Source: Promethearchaeota archaeon (GTDB lineage: Archaea; Asgardarchaeota; Hermodarchaeia; Hermodarchaeales; Hermodarchaeaceae). Taken from it: a stretch of 36,831 bases of DNA. Position 1 is the first letter of the stretch, and the number at the start of each line of letters is the position of its first letter. A program made the translations under genes and the position numbers. The DNA lies in contig JBHLPR010000021.1 of NCBI GenBank assembly GCA_048939245.1, positions 1 through 36,831 on the forward strand. Reading direction: 5' to 3'. Below the pieces are notes generated by a model. It did no database searches, was not told where the DNA came from, and worked only from the letters and a program-made list of their open reading frames with translations. Below, piece after piece: positions 18,636 to 26,159 of this stretch.

Positions 18636-18663
18636 ATGATTCTTCACCATTACGAAGAATCAT
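18636..18663. promoter_or_regulatory. Perfect inverted repeat ATGATTCTTC-N8-GAAGAATCAT
   Basis: Seen directly, intergenic and upstream of the HhH gene. Function is inferred. Confidence 0.35.
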
Positions 18664-18751
18664 AATGGTCCTTATCGCAATGGTGTATGCTTCGAGATTT
18701 TTTTTAAAAAAATGAATCGAACTGATAAGTTTGACAAGGTTGAAATGTTTT

Positions 18752-19171
18752 TCAAGAACTTTCTTCCTTAGTATGAATCTTCGTTAATCCGAAGAATCCT
18801 CCGAGAATAGCTAGGATTGCACCTAGAAACAAGATTACACACCCTACACAAACAAAGAACACTAGAACGGCAGGAATAGAAAAAATAATAATCTTGACAC
18901 TGCCGATTCGTGATTTTCTTTTGATTTGGACTGCTATAGCGATTATCACTAAACTCCCACATGTTAACGCCACAGCCATAGTTACAATCATTCCGTTCAA
19001 TAAATTAATCAAAATTTGGGCTAAATCAGGAGGCAGTAATGGTAATAAGGCTAATCCAACAAAGAATAATCTAGCAACGAAAAACTGTGATACAAACATT
19101 ATAATGCCTCCGATAACTGAAAGTATTCTAGAAGCGATTTGCAATGAGTCACTTCTCAACTTTTTTCTCAC
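18752..19171 (-). CDS. Cationic multi-TM membrane protein (candidate immunity protein)
   Basis: 139 aa, 3-4 TM helices, K/R clusters. 4-nt overlap with the upstream gene. Confidence 0.65.
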   Translation of the reverse strand: MRKKLRSDSLQIASRILSVIGGIIMFVSQFFVARLFFVGLALLPLLPPDLAQILINLLNGMIVTMAVALTCGSLVIIAIAVQIKRKSRIGSVKIIIFSIPAVLVFFVCVGCVILFLGAILAILGGFFGLTKIHTKEESS

Positions 19172-19764
19172 TCCCCTTTATCATTTTTTGAATAAAATGC
19201 TATAACTAAAATTACAATTATGATAACACTTCCTAAAATTAAACTGGATCCGAGAAAAGGCACATAATGTACGCCTGTAGTTGGTTCGAAATTAATGGAA
19301 AAGAAATGGTGAGGACCCAGTCTGCTGTTGTGGTTAGAAGATGCATCTGTAGCAGAGAACTGAATATAATAGGCATCACCATCTTGCACAAATCCTATGT
19401 TATATGAAAAAGTCACGTTATCTGTTGATGCCATAGTACGATTTGTGGTAACGAACTGGTAGTTTTCATCATTTAACATGCGTACTCTGCAATAAACCAC
19501 AGCAATACCAGACTCGTCTCGAATAATTGCCCAAGCAGTTACGTTATCTCCAGCTTCCGGAACCTCTGGAGTAATCCAAGAATTTTCAAATATTGGAGGT
19601 TCTAAATCTCCGTTATTACCCCTCTCACTTATATAACAACTTTCTATCGAATAATTTAGTTGAGATGACTTGATAACACTGAGTAGTAGAATTATGTATA
19701 ATATAATAACTAAAGTGTTGAGAACCCGTATTCTTCTATTCCAATGAAGTATCATACCTCCCAC
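19168..19764 (-). CDS. Membrane-anchored protein with extracellular Ig-like domain
   Basis: N-terminal TM helix, beta-rich DLEPP...GDNVT...DESGI...YYIQFSATD domain, C-terminal TM helix. Confidence 0.7.
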   Translation of the reverse strand: MGGMILHWNRRIRVLNTLVIILYIILLLSVIKSSQLNYSIESCYISERGNNGDLEPPIFENSWITPEVPEAGDNVTAWAIIRDESGIAVVYCRVRMLNDENYQFVTTNRTMASTDNVTFSYNIGFVQDGDAYYIQFSATDASSNHNSRLGPHHFFSINFEPTTGVHYVPFLGSSLILGSVIIIVILVIAFYSKNDKGE

Positions 19765-19781
19765 CTAAATCAACCTTTTTA

Positions 19782-19800
19782 CTAACCAGGTTAGCTAACC
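19782..19800. promoter_or_regulatory. Overlapping palindromes CTAACC-A-GGTTAG-CTAACC (operator-like)
   Basis: Lies between a TATA-like TTTTAATATAT (minus strand, about 19810-19820) and the 19764 start. Confidence 0.35.
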
Positions 19801-19816
19801 AATTGTTGGATATATT

Positions 19817-19846
19817 AAAAAAGGAGCCTATAAAAATAGGCTCCTT
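19817..19846 (-). terminator. Hairpin terminator after the peptide-precursor gene
   Basis: Perfect 11-bp stem AAGGAGCCTAT/ATAGGCTCCTT with a 4-nt loop, running into a U-tract on the minus strand, 9 nt after the stop at 19856. Confidence 0.75.
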
Positions 19847-19855
19847 CTTATTTTT

Positions 19856-20203
19856 TTAGATTAGTAATGGTAGTTCAATGAATATATCGTATACTGTGAG
19901 TAATATTAGCAAACACTCTGGAGCGAGTACACCAGTCAAGAGACAAGCACCCACGATGATGAGTAAAATAGCACCATCAATGCCTGAAACTATTAGAACC
20001 CAATTAAACCATTCCTCGAATGACATCTGGCCAGTAAGAACATATTGCATATATGTTAGGATGATCCATCGACTACCATGGGTATTTTGACCTTGAATGG
20101 TTTGATCCTGGGGAGTTGACTTGTAAGTTGCTGCAATCATAGGGGTGATGATTAACCCAACAATGGTAATTACTGTAAGTAACCGATAGTGTCCCCTTTT
20201 CAT
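19856..20203 (-). CDS. Secreted hydrophobic peptide; putative bacteriocin/archaeocin-like precursor
   Basis: Perfect GGAGGTGA RBS (20208-20215). Signal-peptide-like residues 1-25, polar spacer, hydrophobic core of about 70 aa. Divergent from SpoIIM and Yip1 genes. Confidence 0.6.
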   Translation of the reverse strand: MKRGHYRLLTVITIVGLIITPMIAATYKSTPQDQTIQGQNTHGSRWIILTYMQYVLTGQMSFEEWFNWVLIVSGIDGAILLIIVGACLLTGVLAPECLLILLTVYDIFIELPLLI

Positions 20204-20360
20204 CCATTCACCTCCGATATTTGAATTATTTAATTTATTATTTGATTTTATTTAAAGACTTTCATCCCTGAATCTAACGATTAATTTAATTTCTATCCTT
20301 TTTTTAGGAAACTTTCTTAACATTATAAATGCACATAACATCAGAGGAGAAGGAAGTCTC

Positions 20361-21023
20361 TTGACAAATTATAGAAATAATTGTCTCGATACAATCTTTG
20401 TAGAAAACCATACACAACTATTATCGAATAGAAATAAACAAGTAACCAATAATAAAGAAGTTGACACACCTAAACCTTCTTCAGCATTTTGGATTTTATC
20501 ATTTTTAATTGTAGTTGTTGCTTATATTAGTGGAATTATAATTGGGTGGTTTACCCCCCTCCCCTATCTATCCGACAATGAGCCTAATAATTCCTGGTTC
20601 TCTCCCTTATTCCTCTTCTCATACATTTTGAGATCAAATATCACATTCGTTATAATAATTTTAATATTAGGTGTTTTGACATTTGGAGTGGGAATTATCA
20701 TTAATCTTTGGTTACAGGGTTTCATCAACATTTTAGTTATACGTTTAGCCTTACAAGTAGCACCACTCCATATGGTTCTTGTTTCCTTTTTCCCTCATGC
20801 AATAGTCGAAATCACAGCCATTCTTTGGTCTGCTGCAATCGGATTGTATTTACCGCTTCAGCTAATTCGATATCTCTTTGGGTATAGAAGCAGAATTCTA
20901 ATACACAACGAGCCTCGCCAAATAGTTATATCTATTCCGATTATTTTGATCTTGCTTGTAATTGCAGCTTTCATTGAAAGTTTTGTAACACCTCAGCTGA
21001 TGGGGGTATTATCCATTGTCTGA
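20361..21023 (+). CDS. Stage II sporulation protein M (SpoIIM/DUF95) family membrane protein
   Basis: ILRSN, FPHAIVEITA and LLVIAAFIESFVTP family motifs; about 5 TM helices. Confidence 0.88.
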   Translation: MTNYRNNCLDTIFVENHTQLLSNRNKQVTNNKEVDTPKPSSAFWILSFLIVVVAYISGIIIGWFTPLPYLSDNEPNNSWFSPLFLFSYILRSNITFVIIILILGVLTFGVGIIINLWLQGFINILVIRLALQVAPLHMVLVSFFPHAIVEITAILWSAAIGLYLPLQLIRYLFGYRSRILIHNEPRQIVISIPIILILLVIAAFIESFVTPQLMGVLSIV

Positions 21024-21561
21024 TTCACTGAAGTTATTAATTCATCCACTCAATCCACCCAAGAAAATAGTGACGTCTCCAAATCCATTTGTTTCTTTCG
21101 GCACGGTATTGACCACAGGATTCGTTAGCATTCTGATGAATATGCTCACATTAATTTGGCTTGAACCCTGGATTTTTGAGATTCCATTCATTCTATTTCT
21201 TGGAGGCCTTGTTGCTATTTTCTCATATCTCATAGTTTTTTTAATTATTTCTACTATTAGTTATTTAATAGCCAAATCGTTTAATGGAAAAGCTGATTAC
21301 AGAATTCATTTGCTTGCACTCGGATACACTTGGTTTTTTAGAATTCTAGTAGTATTGGCTATTCTAATTGTAAATTTGATTATTCCTACATTTATAATTC
21401 TAATCATATTCATTACGGTATTATTAAAAACAGTATTTTTTATTCCTGCGAGTTCGGTATGTCGGTATGTAAATAATATTAAATGGAAACCTGCATTAAT
21501 TAGTGTTATTCTACCAGATTTAATTTTATTTTTTGGAGGAATTTGGCTTTCGATATTATAA
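21016..21561 (+). CDS. Yip1-domain membrane protein
   Basis: N-terminal LLIHP and YLIAKSFNGKADY...LGY pattern; about 5 TM helices. 8-nt overlap with the SpoIIM gene. Confidence 0.75.
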   Translation: MSDSLKLLIHPLNPPKKIVTSPNPFVSFGTVLTTGFVSILMNMLTLIWLEPWIFEIPFILFLGGLVAIFSYLIVFLIISTISYLIAKSFNGKADYRIHLLALGYTWFFRILVVLAILIVNLIIPTFIILIIFITVLLKTVFFIPASSVCRYVNNIKWKPALISVILPDLILFFGGIWLSIL

Positions 21562-21685
21562 CGAAACCTAATGTTGATAGTATACTTTGATTGAAACCGC
21601 ATTAGAATTTAAAATTAATTTTAAAAAACAATTAAAAGAAAGTTCTAATATGTTCTAAATAGAAAAAACCAGAGAGAATAAATAC

Positions 21686-21913
21686 ATGTCACAGAGAAAA
21701 GCTGGAATAGTAGCAAAAGAAATTAGTCGCTGGTACTTTCTTGGATTTTTCATTTGGATTGCAATAATATTTTTTCTCATTTGTTACGCAGGAGGTTGTG
21801 ACAACATATCTCCAGAATTTACGTTTGCAATTATGTTTCTATTTGGATCGATTGGAATTGGTGCATTGATATTATATTCGGTGCAGGTCCTTAGAAAGAC
21901 CAATAACCAGTAA
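21686..21913 (+). CDS. Small two-TM membrane protein
   Basis: 75 aa, basic termini, two hydrophobic helices. Confidence 0.6.
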   Translation: MSQRKAGIVAKEISRWYFLGFFIWIAIIFFLICYAGGCDNISPEFTFAIMFLFGSIGIGALILYSVQVLRKTNNQ

Positions 21914-22203
21914 AGAACTTTTATAATTCAAGAGTGCCATTCTATTTACCAAAAAATCAAAGGTGAAATGAAGATAAAGGCCAAATTCAAGCCAAATAAA
22001 AATTCACTGTTAACTCGAATGACCCAAAACATGAAACTAGGGAATCTATAAATCTTCTTGGGAGATTTCTCGAAAAATTGAGGAGGCCTTTCTGCCTTCA
22101 CTCTATCTTATTCATTAATTTTATTAATTTGGATTAAGAAAGAATAATTCCCATCACGGTGGTCTTTTACAAACTCCCCGTTATCATCGAATAAAGACTA
22201 CAA

Positions 22204-22482
22204 TTATTCTGAAGACCGTAAGTTTTTTCTAAAAAAATAAAGGAGAGTGACAAAGGCGAAAATGAGGATAACTAAATGAACCGAGAGTGCCAGAATTAAT
22301 TGTTGGAAAAATATGGAATCGGAGGGAAAAATACCAAAGATCTGATTAACGATTAGGAATGTAATAAAGCTGGACAATAAGATTATGGGGGTTAGCGTTA
22401 CAATCAAAGCTATGCTAAGCCCTTTCCGTGATGGCTTTATCTCTGAATCACTACTACTCACAAGCATTTTCACTAATATCAT
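22204..22482 (-). CDS. Small two-TM membrane protein
   Basis: 92 aa, two hydrophobic helices, basic C-terminus. Confidence 0.6.
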   Translation of the reverse strand: MILVKMLVSSSDSEIKPSRKGLSIALIVTLTPIILLSSFITFLIVNQIFGIFPSDSIFFQQLILALSVHLVILIFAFVTLLYFFRKNLRSSE

Positions 22483-22544
22483 AAATTTAATTAACTATTT
22501 AAAAGCTGCTTTCCTATGGTAAAAGACTGGATTGGACAATAGAA

Positions 22545-22778
22545 GTGTGGGAAAAATTACACGAAGATCAAATCCTGCATTTGTTCAATACGACTTATGA
22601 TATTGTCCAAATGCCTGATGTTCGGAGTCGAGATTTTGAAACAGCAATGGTGCTTCATCCTGAGAAGGGATATATTGGCTATCTAATTAAGAAAAATAGT
22701 CGTTTCTTTTTCTTGGATGAATTACGGATTCAAGATGTTTTTCAGGAGTGGTTTGCATCTCTTAGGGAGACTCCGTGA
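22545..22778 (+). CDS. Small hypothetical protein or gene fragment
   Basis: Protein-like 77-aa ORF. Frame extends to 22503 without an ATG/GTG/TTG, so it may be 5'-truncated. Confidence 0.4.
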   Translation: MWEKLHEDQILHLFNTTYDIVQMPDVRSRDFETAMVLHPEKGYIGYLIKKNSRFFFLDELRIQDVFQEWFASLRETP

Positions 22779-22862
22779 AGATATCCAATGATAGAGAATA
22801 AAAAATCTATATTAAGTAAATGCAGGATTTTAGAGATGCGTTCTGCTTCCCATATAAAGTCA

Positions 22863-23295
22863 ATGGAATCCAAAAAACATTTGGATTAAAATTATAATCG
22901 AGTTATTTCAAGCTTTATTGAGCTTTATGAATCCATATTCACGAGATTGGGGAACTCTTTGTCTCATAGTAGGAATCATCGTCATTCCATTTGCTTTCAT
23001 CTTTTAGTATCCCGCTTTGTTATTAGCATTCATCACCCTGTTAAACAGCAATATTGAACAAGCGTTGGGATTTTGGCAGAACCTTCTGGAGGTCCAGATA
23101 GCTCTTATCACAATGTTGGGGATACTTTTAGGATTTTCAGGAGTAATTGTATTCTATCAGATGCGAAGGTATGATCAATTCCTTTTCTTGGCCTTGAATC
23201 AACAAAGGGCATCTCAGGTTGTACTTGATTTAGGAGCCCGTGAGCTACTTGAAGGAATGTTTGAAGGAGAAACATTTCATCTTCCAGAAAAATAG
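22863..23295 (+). pseudogene. Disrupted membrane-protein gene
   Basis: Hydrophobic frame 22858-23295 interrupted by TAG at 23005-23007. ATG 22863 joins this frame only if one A is removed from the A6 run. Confidence 0.45.
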
Positions 23296-23817
23296 ATCTA
23301 TCTTTTTGAGATGCCTACCAACTAGATGGCTACACAAAAGATAGAAATCTCCTCCGGTTTGCCATAGATGTGTAGATGGACTTCTGCTCAGACCACTTGA
23401 TTAATGCCGATTTGAACCACTTCCCTTTAGGCAAACCTTAGCTGCTAAATCAAAGTTGTTTGGTTACATCTTTGAAAGTGAAGATAGCCGTCCGAGAGTC
23501 CCGGGTACTATTTTCGGTCCTGATTCATTTCATTTTTGAAAACGGTATGATATTAAGTGAGAACGTCTTCATTGAGCGAGTTTTTATTGAATTTGTGGAA
23601 GCCCTTGTCCATGTAGGGATAGATCTGGTTCCGATAATCTCACGTGAGGTTACGGATCGTCTTGAATTAGTAGCATTTGAACCTGTTAGAGGTTGATTTA
23701 ATCTCGACGATTTTAAGATTAGGGGAGCTCGGAATTTGAATAAACTACTCATAAACTGGTAATTGATAAAGGGCTAATTGAAGTTTTTAATAAGGAAAGT
23801 GAAGCATACTCTGATGA

Positions 23818-24069
23818 GTTGCCAGTTGTTGCTATCATCTCCCTCATGAATTGTCAACCGTTGTTGAGGCGATTTGTGTTCTGGCAACCGATACATTAAC
23901 CGATGATATAGTTAAGGGATATATCCGATATCTAACTATTACCAGAAGGCGATTAGCACCTATTGGCGCCTCTTCTATTGATGGTAACTGAGGAGATAGA
24001 GAATATTATAAGCTCGCCTTCTCTAAGGGTTGTCAACTGGAACCGTGGCGAACTTGTCCTGACAACCGA
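23818..24069. repeat. Degenerate intergenic repeat array (RTTRYCA ... TGRYAACYGA, three units)
   Basis: Half-sites at 23818, 23850, 23881, 23938, 23981, 24029 and 24059. Confidence 0.4.
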
Positions 24070-24133
24070 AGTGCTAAGCGAATGCAGCACCTGTGCAGCA
24101 ACTAAAATTCGCATGAAATAAGAGGAATCGGGC

Positions 24134-24174
24134 TATTCTGACACTTTTGCATGTTATTGTGACACTTTTTGGCA
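24134..24174 (+). repeat. dif-like repeat, copies 3 and 4 (tandem right halves)
   Basis: TATTCTGACACTTTTGCATG (24134-24153) and TATTGTGACACTTTTTGGCA (24155-24174). Confidence 0.65.
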
Positions 24175-24214
24175 GAATACAATGGTTATTGCTTAATCTG
24201 GATAAATATTCAGT

Positions 24215-25216
24215 TCATGCTTCCGAATCATCGATTTGTAAATATGGATACTCTGGATCTAATTGTAGGACCCGTTGAAAACACTCTTGGGCTTCTTGTG
24301 GGCGTTTAAGCTCGATGAGGATACGTCCTCGGAGGTATATTCCATTGACATGGTCAGGGCTAGTTTTGAGGAGTCGATCGACAATATCGAGGGCTTCCTC
24401 AAACCGCTTCAAGTCACGTGCCAGAGTATTTCCAAGATTATAAAGTGTAAGTGCGTCATGTGGATTGATCATAGCTGCCTGCAAATATGCTTCAACTGCT
24501 TCATCATATTTTTGCAGCATGCCCAATCCAACACCTTTGTCATACCACGCTCGACTATTTTGGGGTTCAAGACTGATGACGCGCTGAAAGATACGTAACG
24601 CTTCCTCAACCCGTCCCATTCTCCCAAGGAGTTCACCCATATCGAGCCAGGCATCAATATGCTCTGGGGCGAGTTTAGTAGCTTTCTTGTAACAGGTTAG
24701 TGCGTCCTTAAGTTGTGTTAGCTGTTCGTGAAGGACACCCCGATTATACCAGGCTCGGGCATCTCCAGGGTTTACGTTAAGTGTTTCAATGAAACAATCA
24801 AGAGCTTCCTCATATCGTTTGAGTTCCGAAAGAATAACACCCCGGTTATACCATGCATTCGCATAATCCAGACGATTTTTCGTCCGGGTTCGTGTGGCTC
24901 TAATAAAGCTCTGTAATGCTTCTTCAGTTCGATTCAATTCTTGATATGCTGCACCTAAATTGTTCCACGCTTCGATATAATTAGAATCAAGTTCAGTTGC
25001 ATGTTTGTAACAATCGAGCGCTTCATTGATGCGTCCAAGCTCATCAAGAGCAAGTCCTTTGTTAAACCAAACAGCTGCATCCCGTGGACGGAGTTCTGCT
25101 GTGATTGAAAACGCCTCTAAAGCTTCCTCTAATTGACCTTTTTCAGCCAAATCTACACCTAAATTAAACCAATCTTCAGCGGTGAAATTTGGTTTACTCC
25201 GTTTCTTCTTTGACAA
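24215..25216 (-). CDS. Tetratricopeptide-repeat protein
   Basis: About 8-9 tandem 34-aa repeats of the form AWYNRG..L..L.RYEEAL..F..AL.L.P. Confidence 0.93.
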   Translation of the reverse strand: MSKKKRSKPNFTAEDWFNLGVDLAEKGQLEEALEAFSITAELRPRDAAVWFNKGLALDELGRINEALDCYKHATELDSNYIEAWNNLGAAYQELNRTEEALQSFIRATRTRTKNRLDYANAWYNRGVILSELKRYEEALDCFIETLNVNPGDARAWYNRGVLHEQLTQLKDALTCYKKATKLAPEHIDAWLDMGELLGRMGRVEEALRIFQRVISLEPQNSRAWYDKGVGLGMLQKYDEAVEAYLQAAMINPHDALTLYNLGNTLARDLKRFEEALDIVDRLLKTSPDHVNGIYLRGRILIELKRPQEAQECFQRVLQLDPEYPYLQIDDSEA

Positions 25217-25220
25217 ATAC

Positions 25221-25586
25221 TCACCCTGGTGCTTGAAGTATTTGCATCATCAGCTGGCCTAAGGGCACAGATTCGTGAGCGGCACCAATAATAATGAGCT
25301 CCCATTTTTTTATCAAGTCTCGGAATGACGCTTGTCCGGTGAAGAGATTCATCAGTGTTTTCGTCGATGCTTTGTATATGACTTCAGGGGAGGGATAGCT
25401 TCCTGAATGTAATTCCATCGTTCCTTGTTTTTGCAATACGATATGAAAGATCTCCCCATCAGTTTCCACTTGGAGCACTTTTCCTTGGTACGGACCTACC
25501 CAGTTTCGGATGAAAACTCGGTGTTCAGGTGTTTTGTTAACCTTAGCAATTAATCCTTGAAAAATCTGAATTAACGGGTTTGTCAT
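25221..25586 (-). CDS. SCP2 (sterol-carrier/lipid-binding)-like small protein
   Basis: FHIVLQKQGTMELHSG...PEVIYKAS..TLMNLFTG......IKKWELIIIG pattern resembles the SCP2 fold. Confidence 0.6.
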   Translation of the reverse strand: MTNPLIQIFQGLIAKVNKTPEHRVFIRNWVGPYQGKVLQVETDGEIFHIVLQKQGTMELHSGSYPSPEVIYKASTKTLMNLFTGQASFRDLIKKWELIIIGAAHESVPLGQLMMQILQAPG

Positions 25587-25603
25587 TTATCTCACCTAGC
25601 AAG

Positions 25604-25873
25604 TTATTTTTTCTTTATCCAGGCCTGCACCGCTTCCATTACAGCATCGTTTACGTGCCGTGCTCGAATATCTCCCTTTCTTTCTCGCACCTTTACCAGA
25701 AAGTTCTGGTATAACTCGTGATCCATCAAGACCACCATGCGACCTTTGCGATTATTCACCAAGGCTTGGGTGATGTACTTATTTTCACGAATCATTAGGG
25801 TTTCAATATCTCGTAACTGTAGGTGTGGATATCCGGGCCATTGTCCATCTGACGCTTTCTTATATCGTGGCAT
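25604..25873 (-). CDS. Small protein with C-terminal ribbon-helix-helix-like segment
   Basis: MVVLMDHELYQNF...VNDAVMEAVQAWI; tight operon spacing. Confidence 0.6.
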   Translation of the reverse strand: MPRYKKASDGQWPGYPHLQLRDIETLMIRENKYITQALVNNRKGRMVVLMDHELYQNFLVKVRERKGDIRARHVNDAVMEAVQAWIKKK

Positions 25874-25886
25874 CTGTTATTCCTCC

Positions 25887-26153
25887 TTAATTCGAATCTT
25901 TTTTTCCTTCATCGATTGATTGGTCTCCAGGAATTTTAACCAATCCCGGTTGAAAAGGCCATTCCACCACATACCGCATTCCTTTTTTTCCTCCCCGATT
26001 TCCTCGTCGCCAAGTGCCCACGTAGATGCCACTTCCAAATACTCGGATATATTCTGATAAGATCAAGATTGCTGCTACTTCCGGGCTGATATTTGCTTCC
26101 CTCGCTTTTTCCTCGAGTCCCTTTTGAATATCCTCAGGTATTTGTAATTCCAT
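25887..26153 (-). CDS. Small protein with N-terminal ribbon-helix-helix-like segment
   Basis: MELQIPEDIQKGLEEKAREANISPEVAAILILSEYI; tight operon spacing. Confidence 0.62.
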   Translation of the reverse strand: MELQIPEDIQKGLEEKAREANISPEVAAILILSEYIRVFGSGIYVGTWRRGNRGGKKGMRYVVEWPFQPGLVKIPGDQSIDEGKKDSN

Positions 26154-26159
26154 CTTTCT

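Larger units (their letters stand above)
17813..24174. mobile_element. AT-rich accessory island bounded by direct repeats (no integrase seen)
   Basis: Hand counts: 14/60 G+C at 21241-21300 versus 36/60 at 5521-5580. Orphan membrane genes, pseudogenes, and repeats at both ends. Confidence 0.55.

Noticed and set aside
20361-21023. Sporulation role for the SpoIIM-family gene
   Set aside because: Family name only; archaeal context and no other sporulation genes
23460-23752. 78-aa (+) and 75-aa (-) ORFs
   Set aside because: Composition looks like shadow frames of a decayed gene in the third frame
23818-24174. CRISPR array or integron attC sites
   Set aside because: Repeats are too degenerate and irregular, there are no cas or intI genes, and no RYYYAAC...GTTRRRY consensus
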